Shown piece after piece: positions 1 through 12,059 of a stretch of DNA of 59,178 nt. The notes under the pieces are model-generated. The model saw only the letters and a program-made list of their open reading frames with translations. It was not told where the DNA came from and did not search any database. The stretch comes from Phoronis australis (Eukaryota; Animalia; Phoronida). Position numbers and translations under genes: made by a program. Location of the stretch: assembly GCA_002633005.1 (NCBI GenBank), contig NMRA01000109.1, positions 347,846-407,023 of the forward strand, in the 5' to 3' direction. Numbering within the stretch: the first letter of the stretch is position 1; every line of letters starts with the position of its first letter.

Positions 1-329
1 AAAGATTAACCAGACTCTGGCTGGCGACTGACTGCCGCGAAGTCGACATCGGCGAGTGCCTCAGTTAACAGGCATCGGTAGAATAATCATGGAATAACCG
101 TAAAAATAATCACAAACCTTACCTTTGTATGAGGTCGTGCTTACTTCCTCTCATAGAAGCACCCTTTTTACACAATCTCAGATTTAGTTGGCACGGCTGC
201 AAGCCATTTCACCATGTATTTAAAGGGCTCGCGAAATCGAGGCTGTTAATCTATCACCACTAGTACACGCACGCCCTCTAGTTATTGTAGATTTTCCGAA
301 TAGCCCCATTGTGCCAATTTGTGTTATCA

Positions 330-485
330 TGCTCCAGCGGCGAAATTAGGGGTCATTGAGTGCACAAAATTTGGCATTTCGGTTTTTGTTAGGATACCTA
401 TCCATGTACAAAAAATTAAGTTGTTTTAAATTTTGACGTATAGACTGATTTTTGAAAATCTACTGGTTTTTATATGAACTGCCTC
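330..485. mobile_element. Right end fragment of a Sola3-like DNA transposon
   Basis: Ends in ctggttttttatatgaactgcctc followed by TTAA, resembling the right end of the 5015-8957 element; also shares the ggtcattgagtgc subterminal motif (350 vs 8823). Confidence 0.45.
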
Positions 486-696
486 TTAACGAGTTTTAAA
501 AAGTATACACTGTATTATACACAAAATACGTCATTTAAAACATATTACTTGAACTCGTTATGAGTGCCCGTCAGACTTCGTCAACGCCATGGTTTTCATA
601 CGGCACCCGAATTCATCAGATGCCTTTTACGTTTATGGTTTAGCACATTAACGGTTTGTTCCATAATCAGTTCCAACTTCATTGTACTGGTTTCAG

Positions 697-870
697 GTTG
701 CATTAAACCTACACAGCAATACGACAAGTTTCATCCGCTTCCAAGACGACAGTCATATGCGTGCCAAGACAACTGCAAGAGACCTCCGACATTAAATTTA
801 GGCCAGATAACGCAGTGCCATTCTCATTATGATGACTCCGCCGAAGAGTGCGCCGTACCATATTGCCTCT
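697..870 (+). CDS. Exon of mosaic extracellular protein: degenerate/short kringle-like module
   Basis: tttcag acceptor, gtaagt donor, 174 nt, phase 1-1, open frame GCIKPT...ACQDNCKRPP...TQCH...EECAVPYCL with six Cys in kringle-like spacing (cf. NYCRNP..PWC..EYCDIPxC). Confidence 0.75.
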
Positions 871-1149
871 GTAAGTATCAATAGTGTGTTACCTGTCATA
901 CCTAAGCAGAAACACTGTACAATAAACCGCGTTAGATGAGTTTTGTTGCGAGCTGAACATGACGGGATAGACGTAGGTATGAAAATGGTGGCCGATAGGG
1001 GCCAGAACGAACGAGGTTGTTGTCAATGAGATCTTTGGATGATTTGGAGATTGCTGTGGGCTCGTTGAACAGTTGAACAAACTCATTTACAAGTAGTACA
1101 TCGAATATTTCATTGCCTGCTTGATTATCGTAGTCGTCACAAAACTTGG

Positions 1150-1730
1150 TACTATTTCAATTTTTGATTTGCACTCGACAGAAGACTGAGAAGGGGAACG
1201 ATAGAAGAAACTGTTTTTATTTTGCTTAAAATTATTTCACTCCAGCAATTGAATAAACTTTCACTAATTTTATCAGACAAGACCTTATATCTTACACATT
1301 TGTGAATAAAAAAAATTATAGCTTGGCCATTGTTACTATCGTATGCCAAGAAATAATAGGGAATAGATAATTTAGTTTTGTGTTTGTCGCAAGTAACTTT
1401 CAGACTCACATATTGCATCAAGTTTGTAGCTGCAATCAGCAACAGTGTGTTTAAGCAATTCAAACCCTGAAAAGTTATTGAATTTAAGAATGTTGATGTT
1501 GGTCAAAAGAATAACAAAATTGTTAAGTCCTGGGTTGAACTCAATGTCACCTGATCTAAGGAGAAGACCTGAGATGCAAACAATACCTGGGTCCAGGATT
1601 AGACATAAATTACAAACTAGGTAATTGTAACAAGTCAACACTGTTGAGACGTTATTGAAAGACCTGATTTCTTGCTCAAAAGTTTGTTCAAATGGTCTGT
1701 AAATTCTGCTCGTTATTTCCAAACTAGACA
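1150..1730 (-). mobile_element. Decayed CR1/L2-group LINE fragment (APE endonuclease start with 2A-like motif)
   Basis: LLLRSGDIEFNPGL followed by LDAICESESYL and YRSPSQS motifs typical of LINE AP endonucleases; stops and frameshifts present. Confidence 0.7.
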
Positions 1731-2718
1731 ATTTTTCAAGATAAATTTCAATAAAATGTAAATTTGAGGCAAGTCTTTTTATAACTCAAGATTAACTCGT
1801 TAGCTGTATATTCTAAAAGTTACACAAGACTGCAAGGTGCAATATGGCCGTAAATAGGTAACAAAAACGGCCAGTAAAATTTGCCAAACAAATTGGTCTG
1901 TGGATTACCTCAACTGTCTAGCACAAAGCTGCCAGATTTTAATAAATGACACAGAATGATACACAGTATAGGTTGGTTAATGCAGCCACTAAAGTAGAAC
2001 TTTTGATCTATTTTGTATGTTTCTGAATTTTCGTTGCTCAAAATATGCGAATTTGGAGACGACTTACATGCCCAATTGTGGCAATTTGTGGTCTCATGCT
2101 TTAGAGGTAAAACTAGGGCCCATTGAGTGTGCACAAAATGTGACATTTAGATTTTGTTGACTAGGGTTGACATTCCTAGAAGTGATGGCTCTTCGGCTCA
2201 CATACATGTATTTACAATTTCCACACCTTCGTGATTTTCTTGAGTAGTAACGGATTGATGCTTGCTATATCTGACATCAGACAGCTAGCTTGCAAACTAA
2301 TTGAAAACTAAAGATATTTAATTAGTCTTGCAGAAAACGCAGGATTCACAGAAGTACCAATTGGGTAAACAAATCATTGAAATTGATGTTCTGGCACACC
2401 CCAACGTGTAAAAATATTCTCTGCTATTGTTCTCGCGTAATGTTTTGAGGTTTCTTGCGAATGCATGGCCTACATCCCGTGTACAATCATGTATACACAC
2501 ACTAGTTCAGCGTAAGTACTAACGTTTGCTTCACTACGAAAATAGCGACACGAAAATGGGCGTCTATTCAAAAGAAAAACTTTGCATGAACCGTATTTTA
2601 GAAAGTGTGTTGTGACTTGTAAGAAAAATCTGCTGATGAAGTGAGACTCAGTCCTGTGCTTCACCCACTAATCTAAACTTTTTGAATGAAAACTAACTTT
2701 CGCGTTTGCGACGACCAG

Positions 2719-2748
2719 GAACTCATGTTGATCAAAACGGTCGAGTAG
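2719..2748 (+). CDS. Candidate 30-nt phase-1 microexon (xTHVDQNGRV)
   Basis: ctaac branch-like motif, ccag acceptor and TAG|gtaagg donor. Direct joining to exon 697-870 would create TGA, so an intervening exon is needed. Confidence 0.4.
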   Translation, partial: ELMLIKTVE

Positions 2749-4449
2749 GTAAGGAGCCACAAATGATGTTTCCCCTTTTAATTGGATATTATTTTATTAT
2801 CTTGCATATGACATTCAGTCATGTCTGGCATTCAAAAATATCTTGTTTCCGAAAGAATGCCTATATTATGTTCATGATTTTTCAGAGAGAAAAAATCACT
2901 CTGAGTTCCCGTTCCGAAGTTAAAGTCGATTTCAGTTAAAGTGAAAAACTAAATAGCGTACAGCAAGAAAGATCGGCTGACATTAATTGGAAATGATTAG
3001 TCCTATGAACCCGGACAATGTCATTAAAATCGTTTACACCAAATTAAAAATGATTTTGGATTTTGGCGAAGTGTGTTGTTCTATAAGATAGCAGATTAAA
3101 AATGTTATATATTTAATTTGCTTGTGAATGAAAGTTGGATCACCCTGCAATACTTTGCGACGCTAATAAGTCTGCAAGTGATACCAAATACCTATTACCT
3201 GATATGAATATAACTGTCCTTTTGGCTGCTCTTGTTATCGCGCCCAAAATCAGCACGAAGACTACTGACGTGTTGATCGGAATCCCCTCCGAAACCCTTA
3301 CGCACATCAGAATGGCGGCAATCAACAAATACATGGTTATCATAGAATCATAAGCACGGGCATTAGAATCATACGCCCAAACAACCACTTGATGCATAGA
3401 CTCGTAGGTGGTTCCTGCGCAAGATGCAGTCCCCGGGATTATGATTCTATGGTACCCTTGAAAGAGGTCTATTAATTTTAATTTTAATTTTGTCCGCATT
3501 CGGCGAAACCTGACGTTATTAAATCAATTGCTGCCAATTAATTTAAATAACAACAATACATAAAGGCACAAATGCCTATAATAACAGTTTAAACATAATT
3601 TATTATTTTTTAAAATGCCTAGATTTGAGATTTTGACCAACGTCTAATTCTACGTCCCTGAATCACCTTTCGTTTTTCAAGTTTTCGCAAATTCGTTAAG
3701 CCATAACTCGCGGTCATCAATGAATTGTATTCGTTCGTATCGAAAGCTTTTGGTAGCAAAAAGTATCGTCTTCGATGTCCCAACAATAGAAATGCAGAAG
3801 CATTTTTGAAAACATTTAGGGATTGTTTTTCCAGTCCTTTCAATGACGCACGGAAGAATCATGTAGCTAGAAGTATAGTATAAACACTTCCCTTGAAACT
3901 TGATTTCGCTCGCGCAGGAAACCATTATTACCCCCGGGCGCATGGTGTGTCGTTAGGTAGGCCTGCATCACTGCGTATTTTTGCGTGTAAAAATATGAAA
4001 AATACACCCGAGTACAAAATGTGCACCTTGAGAGTACCGCCATGTTGTCGGTTAACACTATGAGGGCGTCTTACCAGTAAAGGGTAGAATATTCAACGTA
4101 TGCAAATTACGTAGCACTTTAGCTGTATTGATGGCATTTATAATGCAAACAGTAATAACAAAACCTTCCAGTTTAGATGTTGGTGTCTATATTTTAGGTG
4201 TTACATCACGTAACCTAAATATTCTGCCATCATACTGCTATTCTAATCTTTTATATGATGATGTAATTTATTCTATGAGTTCGTTAGCACAATGCAATTT
4301 TTTTTAACGGACTATTAGACGTTGCTCTTTCCATAAAGGAACCGTAAATTATCTTCTTCACTTTTCAGTTACATGTATCTTGCTGTGTGTACCATATGTA
4401 ACAAAATCGAAGACAAACTTTCTATCATAACCTATTTATCTTTCCACAG

Positions 4450-4641
4450 GGCCTAAAGTTACAATGACAACATTTGGCGAATGGTCGGAGTGGTCTTCTT
4501 GCGATCCAAAGACGAGAGTGAAAACGCAAACCCGGACCTGCAACCAAGGAACTTTTGGCCCCATATCTGACATTCAGTGTAGATTGAACGAATTTCTCCT
4601 TAATAGATCTATAAGTTGTGCCAATGAAAGGCCCTCTAAAG
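4450..4641 (+). CDS. Exon encoding a thrombospondin type-1 (TSP1) repeat
   Basis: tttccacag acceptor, G|gtaagg donor, 192 nt, phase 1-1; FGEWSEWSSCD...KTQTRTC motif. Confidence 0.9.
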
Positions 4642-4753
4642 GTAAGGCTGAGTGATGATATTTGGTCTGTACGACTGTCCCTATGTCTCTTTATTCCCTG
4701 CTCCTATGTTGCTTTTCCTCAATGTTCTTCCGGCAGAATGTTCCCCCTTCCAG

Positions 4754-4858
4754 ATGTTGCCCCTGCAATATGCTGCGCGCGCCAGTGTTCACCTGGAATA
4801 TTCATATTTCACTTATATCGGGATTCAATTTTTGTTGTTAACCAAATATATTGTGAAT
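4754..4858 (+). CDS. Exon, Cys-containing module (DVAPAICCARQCSPG...QIYCE)
   Basis: ttcccccttccag acceptor, T|gtaagt donor, 105 nt, phase 1-1, open frame. Confidence 0.7.
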
Positions 4859-5014
4859 GTAAGTGGGAGATTATATGACTAAAAACCCGTGAAGATTACG
4901 GCCAATCATAAAATATGTAACACGTAAAGTGTTTTTTTCCGTAGTCATTTCGGCGCAGAACGTAAAGTAATTACTGTAGTTTTCCCGATTCACCCTAACG
5001 TCATCAACTTTTAA

Positions 5015-8000
5015 GAGCAATTCCATATAAAAACCAGATGGTAGGCTATATATCCAAAATCACCATTTTTTGAAACTTAGGCACATCAGCTGGCCTTTTC
5101 AAAAGAAACATGAGCCTGATTTCTTAAGCGTTTCTGAGTTTTTTAGACCTTTTTATGGCCACTTTTTTCTGAAAAATAGCAAATAAAAGTACTGGAAAGT
5201 AGGTGACATTTTATCAGCAACAACACATCATCGCTTCATGTTATTGAAAACATAACTATATGGCAGAAAGAAAAAAGAATGACATACAAGAAAAATTGGC
5301 TCGGGTGTATTTATTAATTTTTTATGACCTCCCATTTTAGCCTATTTTCACTGCTTATTATAAAGGCCATTTTTACGCATTTTTATCGCTATCCCAAATC
5401 TACATGTATATCGGATTCATTTGGAACATGAGTTAACTTCCATCTGTTACTGCTGTCTTTGTTCAGCCCAACGCAAGAATAAAAAATCTTGTCTCTTTCA
5501 TAGTTTTTGTGCAGTCAGTTTTTTACATAATTCACTTACACACTTTTCTGCCAATCTGTTACTGTCAGTTAGATTAAAAGACTCTAGGAGCCGCTACTCG
5601 ATTGTGCAATTATCTATCGACCAAGGTGCCATATAGAACAAATATCATTCGTTTTGCTACATCAGTGACGAAGCAGATCGTGGGAAGCTGTATGAGAGAT
5701 TTTGTCTTCGCGGATTTTCAGTTTTGCTGCTGCAAAAATAAAAATCTATTATAGGATTAGAGAACTCAAAACAGTCGACTTTAATTCACTGATGAGTTAA
5801 AAATACGACCCCATCACTATCTCATACTTCAGAGAAGCAGGTTTTATTCGTATTAAGGGTGCCCATTCCCCCTTGCTTGGTCAGTTTTTGAACACCGTTA
5901 TGGACTAAGAATCCCACGCACTGCCTGCAGTGCATGCTGGTCCATTTTCAGACCTCCTGGACAAGTCCCTGTATATGCGCTCTCAAACTATTAGCAAAGT
6001 ACATACTAAAACTAATCAAGATCTTCGAGATCACAAGTGAAAAGAGGACGGTGGATACGAGCAGAAGTGTCGTGTTATTGGACATACAAAGGGTCACACA
6101 ATGCTACACAAAAGCGGCCGAGCATGGTGGCAGTGCGCCAATGGAATTTGCAAATTCAGAAAAATAACAGGTACGGGTATTTACCATTGAAAACATTATA
6201 CTTTCAGTGATATCCAAGTTACCGGATTTCCAAACCAGTATTTAAACAATTGGGTGTTGTTGCGACTTACCAGCTAAAAGTTTAACAATATGTAAATTCC
6301 GTTCATGCGGCGGACTCGAAACCACAGTTTTTTGAAGGTATGCTAGGTCTAGTGCATGATGCATTTCCACACAACACTTCAAAAAACCGCAAAATACGTC
6401 GAATCCATCACAAAACGGGAACATGTCATTGTTTCTTTATTAGAAAGCTATTTACCAAATCCAATAAAAATCCGTCAAGGAACTTAGAAGTAAATTTATA
6501 GAGGAAATCAAAAACATGAAATTGCCACTAGGGGGCGCCACAGTAGTCGATGTCGTTGAAAAATCATCATTAACCGTCCTCTTCACACTGAGAACATGTG
6601 TTGTAGTTTTCAAAATTATGCTTAGAGTGGTTTGGTTGGCAGAGGGGCGCACGCCAAAAACAGGCAAGGAAAGTACATTAAAATGCCCCTTAGATGGCGT
6701 AAAATATGTCAAATCATCCAAAAACGCCGTTTCTATAATAGAAAGCTGTTTGCCAAATTCCATAAAAATCCATCAAGGAACTTCAGAGAAAGAGGGGAAA
6801 ACGGAAAAAATGAAAATGCCACTAGGGGGCACAGCGTTTGTTACATCCGTCTGAAAGTCATCGTCGTCCGCTGTCAACTTCATATAAATACACTTGCTAA
6901 ATTTAATATAGATCCTGCAATGGGCTTAGTAGAAACAGTCATGTGCGCTACAAAAAACAAAACTGCCACTAGGAGGAGCCAAAGTCGTCAAAGTCGTCAG
7001 AAGGTTATCGTCAACCGTTCTCCTCACTCCAAGAACACATATGCCAATTTTTTCAGTCATTCTATGGATGGTTTGTTTGATGGAGGGGCAGACTCGAAAA
7101 CAGTAAAAATGGCCACTGGGTAGAACAAAATACCTCAAATACATCCGAAAATGGAAGGATAGTCTCATCTTCCTAATAGATGGTTTTGTGCCAAATTTAA
7201 TGAAAATCCTTTGAGGAGAGGTAAATGTATAAAACTAGGATTGCCACTAGGGGGCACACCAGTTGTTGGATCCATCCGAAATTTGTCGTCATCTGCCATG
7301 TGGGCTCATAAAAACCCGTGTTCCATTCAGAAACTGATGAGGTGCACATCTGAATACGGCTGACCGACAAGTCAGAGATGACTGCATGGCAAAAAGTACT
7401 GAATAAGTGAAAAATTATGATCAACTGCCATTACAATTTCAAAGAGGAGTGAACTGTATCATCAATTTTTGAGTCGTGGGGTATAATCATGAGTGGAGAT
7501 TCTTTACATACTTAGAAAATATTTTGACGTAAATATTAAAATACAAATTACGGCAAGCAATCACCTCAGAAATGGTCACCATAATTGCTCTGGCATAATC
7601 TGCTAGCTTCAATGACGACCCAATGGCAAATCTGGTGACGATTTCACCAGCTCTCAGAAGTCACAGATATGTACTTAAGATGTGTGTAAAGATGAATCAC
7701 CTTTTGTAAAAGTATGGTACATACTTTTTCGGTATTAACATGTGTCACACTTTTGAACCATTTGAATAAATATGGATCACAGTTGCGATAAATATGAAGT
7801 AAATTTTTAGCAATTGCTACTAATATATTACTAGCACCAACAGGGACTAACAAATCAAACTGGCGAAAAATCTTTTGCGACATGCGAAAGTCAACGCCCC
7901 GTTCAATCTTCTGCTTCGTTTTAGCTGTGTGTTCTGGATAACAGCACGTCATTTTTTGTCTAAAGCCAAGTCCAAACTCATGTCGATGTGTAAAACATAT

Positions 8001-8957
8001 AACGGCGCATTACCATTGGTTTGCGAGTCCAGCCTCCTCTCTCCAGCTCTGGCAAGAATCAACTGTAATTCCAATATACTTTCAAACTTCTGTGGCTCTT
8101 TGCACGACCTCAGATGACTTCTGACGTCTTTAACACAGCTAATAAAGGCCACATTTCCTCCGCGATCCCACTTTAGTAACGAAAGTTGACCAAATGTACA
8201 AGAAGGAAATTCCTCCCTATTCTTTGCAGTGACAGGAAGTGCATGTAATTTCGAACCCTAGTGAAGTTAACAGAGTGCTTCAGAAAACTGGGTACTCAAA
8301 AGTGAAACTTAAAGTTTTGTGATGTTTCATTGTTGATATTAGATCAAATATTTTAGGTGACATCTCTGAACTAAAAGTGTTGCCTCAGTTCTCTTGTCAG
8401 TCAGATTAAGGTCACATCTCAAAAATGCCCCAATTTGAGGGCCACTTTTAGCACTAAATATATAAGAGACAAGTTTTTTTAAAAGCAATTTCAAAGATCA
8501 GTCTTAGAAGTGTCTACACAGAGAATTTCAACTTCAAATATATTCCTATATAGAAGGCAGGTTGAGCAACATCTTGCCACTGGTGACTGGCCTTAAGAGT
8601 GGTCTCGGAGTTTTCTCCCCTGCTGGAAATTTAAATGTACCTATGAGTTTCAAATTTCATTTTCTTACTAACCTTACATGAGTATTTATGACCATCAATG
8701 TCAAACTTTGTCACCAGTTTTCCAAGTTTGATCTTTTGCCGTTCCAAAAATGCTGTTTTACTGACATGAAAAAATGCAAAATATGCCTTTATAGCCAAAT
8801 AGGTCACATTTCGGTAACCAAAGGTCATTGAGTGCAAATATTAAAGCAGTGTACTTTGTGCCAGCATCCCAACACATGCACAAAATATTAGCTCTGTATG
8901 AATTTTTGAGTATATAGTGATTTTTCATTTTCATTTGGTTTTTATATGGAATCATTC
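5015..8957 (-). mobile_element. Sola3-like DNA transposon, internally deleted
   Basis: TTAA on both sides (5011-5014, 8958-8961); TIR GAGCAATTCCATATAAAAACCA vs GAATGATTCCATATAAAAACCA. Minus-strand relic about 7830-8150 reads ELQLILARAG...ICFTHRHEFG...CCYPEH...LVPVGA. Confidence 0.6.
6400..7390 (-). repeat. Helentron/HINE-type degenerate tandem array (~140-160 bp units) with CTCF-like motif
   Basis: Recurrent gccactagggggcgc-like motifs at about 6524, 6685, 6818, 6965, 7112 and 7243; same family as 22641-27203. Confidence 0.65.
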
Positions 8958-9214
8958 TTAACCTCCCATTGTGTAAAAGAAAGCATGGATGACAATGAGA
9001 AAAAAGGCTTACACGATGAAACATATCGCGCGTGCCTAAATTAGTGACCAGTGACTTTAATAAGGTAGGACCACATGACCACACTGGTCCTCCTTCATCT
9101 TTCTGCACCCAGTATTTTCTGTCGTCATAAGGTTTTGGTTGTTTAAAGTCCTTATCTCAAAGGGCATTCTAGTTCAAAAACTAAAAAGTATTTACCAAAT
9201 TAAGTAATATTTAA

Positions 9215-9400
9215 CACGGCACATGCTAGAACTTCCTGGATTTTATCCAATCATTCTACAAACATGTACTAGTCTCTAGAATATTCTGGACTGCATTAAT
9301 CGCTGTCATGCTAGAGTCTTCTAGGAAGTTCAACACTTTAAATTCCATCATCACTGCACTTAACTCAGGGGTAATGCCAATCAAACAGCAACAAAACGAA
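9215..9400 (-). mobile_element. LTR fragment related to solo LTR 24657-25313
   Basis: catgctagagtcttctaggaagttc and cttaactcagg are reverse complements of motifs inside the solo LTR. Confidence 0.5.
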
Positions 9401-9879
9401 ACGATACAACTAAAAACAATGTCAGTCTGACAATGGAAATAGCGTATTCGAGTAACCCAGGATTATAGTGGCCTTTGTCGGTGATTATTTGATTTCCATT
9501 TTGTTGATATCGACCACCCCTTGGCTCAGTTGGTTGTGGCTCACGTACAATGTATGTCTGATCCATGTCTCGTGCAGGTGGGCAGAAAGTTCGCAAAGTG
9601 GGAAACCGAATTCATTGTCTGATTCTTCAATTACTTGAGTGCGATGCCCGCATCCCCTACCCTCTCTGTCTGCACGTTTATAGTCAAGTTCTTGCTCGAA
9701 ATCGTCCTCGTCTTCTCATCTGCTATTGATTGTCAAGTGACCATCGCCTTCCACCTATTAAGTCGTTTGGCCGGAAACTTGGAAATTAAAAAAATTCTTC
9801 TAAATTAAAAAATCGCAACTATTTGGCTTAAATAGTGCCTATTAAGTTAAATTTTATTATATTCATTTCAAAGTAGCTT

Positions 9880-11280
9880 ACTGAAACCTCTTATACTAAG
9901 ACAATGCATGGTGGAAACTCTTTAAAGTATTCCGATCAACCGTCTTTCAGAATTACGTTTGACTTGACAACTTAATAAATACTTTTCAAAATTTTTAACA
10001 TTATATTGTTCATATTTTCCTTATCATTTTTCCCAGAGTATACTTTTACAAATACAATCTAAAGACTTTGCAAAAGTCTATGTATGGACAATACATTTTT
10101 ACCTGATATGGCTAACTAACTGAACTAGTGTGTTTAGAACCGTAGTAATATCTAGTGTACTTTAACCTTTCTTATACCAGCCTGTGACAGATTGTTCACA
10201 GAATTTTCCCACTCTACTAATCGCTCATTAAAATACCCACATACACTTTAGACACGTTTGACAAAAGAGTAATTACTCCATATTTCACTGCACTGTCAGA
10301 ACGTCCACTTTCAAGAAGCGGAATCACCCCCTCGTTCTAACCATTTCTCTGGGAAGTAGCCAGTACTACTGTTGACCATGTTACATGACACACCCAACGT
10401 AACTTTTTTCTGTCTTTGAGGAGTTCACTGCATATTCCGCATTACTCGGGCGATATTACAGGCTTTAATTTTTCAACACTCTTCTCGACATCAACTGAAG
10501 TGATTCACTTCGCCGTCAAGGATATGATTGTAACACATGGGTTCCTCATGGACAGTTCTATTCTCATCGTTAACTTCTAAATTTGTGTATAAAGATGAGA
10601 AATGGTCAATAAGAACTCTAGCATTAACAGCAGACAAGAGATATTCCCAAGTTTTGTCAGAGTTTTCCAAGTTTTTTAAGACTGAAGTTTTATTTCGCAT
10701 TGTTTTAAAATACTGATATCTTGATCGTTTTTAAATACTGCAAATTATTTTCTCCCAGTCTTAGGCCTAATTGCACTCAATATGTTTTCACCTCGCTGTC
10801 TTAATTCCTTTATTGATACATACATAGAACATATCACTTTCCGACGTTCATTGTAAAACCACGAGGCATCACCTCGTTGCTTTTTCGCCGGGTACCACTG
10901 ACATTCCATTTTCCCCACACCATCCCACAATATTAATTATTTTTTGAAAAGTCCCTTCAATGCTCATCTAAGTAGTCACTTCACATCCTGCAATTGCATT
11001 ATATATTTCCCCTGATGGACTCGCTGTATTTTCTTCCCTTGTGTGTGTGTCACAGGCAATATTTTCTGGCACGTCGTCACTGCTAACATAATTTATGCTC
11101 GCAACAAAGGGAAATGCCCCTTCTCAATTCTGCCAATCATGCCATATGCTGGGAAGAGTTCCAAAATATTAATTGAGGTGATAACATAATAAGTCGTCCT
11201 GGCTTCTTGGCTACCTGCTTATGAAATTAATATATTTCACTTGCATTGCCATTAAATCTTCCATTAACGATGCGCATCTC
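9880..11280 (-). mobile_element. Old LINE reverse transcriptase relic (CR1/L2/Daphne group)
   Basis: Across frames: FPEKWLERGVIPLLESG...YGVITLLS, WYKKG.STLD and YCPYIDFCKVF.CI..ILWEKM, matching N-terminal RT subdomains; many stops. Confidence 0.6.
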
Positions 11281-11374
11281 GTTTTCTAAGCAAAATACGG
11301 TTATTGATTTACGCCGTGATCTGGTTGACCTGGGCCCGGTCTCTAATCTTTGTACTCGAAACGAACTCGAAACT

Positions 11375-11690
11375 ATTTTTGGCAATTTCTCTGCTCCTTT
11401 TGTGCGAACTTAAGATAATTGGTTATCAGACTGTGCTCGAATACATTATAGTTTATGCATAGGAGTTTCTAGTTCAAGTTTGCCCTTGAAGACCATTATA
11501 TTCGTGCTACAAACAATGAGTAAAAACTAGAAATTTCGAGTTCAAACTCGAACTTATTGCTTTAATATTGGGTTTACAAACTGTGAACTAAGGGCAATAA
11601 ATTATCTACGTAAGTTATTGTGTACTCGAGCATAGAATAATAGACACTTATCTTGTGTTCGCCCAAAAGTAGAGTAGAAAATGCCAAAGC
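11375..11690. repeat. Imperfect foldback/MITE-like palindrome
   Basis: Left arm ttttggcaatttctctgctccttttgtgcgaacttaagataa pairs with right arm ttatcttgtgttcgcccaaaagtagagtagaaaatgccaaag; centre near 11540. Confidence 0.55.
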
Positions 11691-11838
11691 TAATTGGGCT
11701 ATTCGGAGAATTCTCCTAGCGGTGTCGCTGCTGTACTAGTGGTGATTGACTGCATGTAAACAACTGGTAAAAGATGGAATTTTTATCAAAATACGTCGTC
11801 GCACTAAGCCTTATTACTGCTAATTTCCCTGGTGCAAG

Positions 11839-12003
11839 TCTTCGACAGGTGGCCACAAATTCCCAAAAGACCTAAGGTTACTATATTCGCGGACAACTGC
11901 GGTCAACAGGGTCAACTAACTGACAAAAAGTGTGTGGATGTTGAAGCCCCGTGTGTGCTCTATGACTATGCAGTTCTATTCGGAGACTACACAACATTAC
12001 TTG
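11839..12003 (+). CDS. Exon, Cys-containing module (FDRWPQIP...DNCGQQ...KCVDVEAPCVLY...)
   Basis: G|gtaagt donor; caag acceptor after gctaat branch-like motif gives 165 nt, phase 1-1, open frame. The acceptor choice is less certain. Confidence 0.6.
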
Positions 12004-12059
12004 GTAAGTTTTTAGCAATCAGTTTCTATCAACATCGTTCGGTGATGTTATCCCCACCA

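Noticed and set aside
870-2720. Selenocysteine TGA formed at the 870/2719 junction
   Set aside because: No SECIS evidence in the window; an intervening exon or skipping is simpler.
6452-7168. Overlapping 80-160 aa ORFs
   Set aside because: By-products of the tandem repeat array on both strands; same for 26080-27163.
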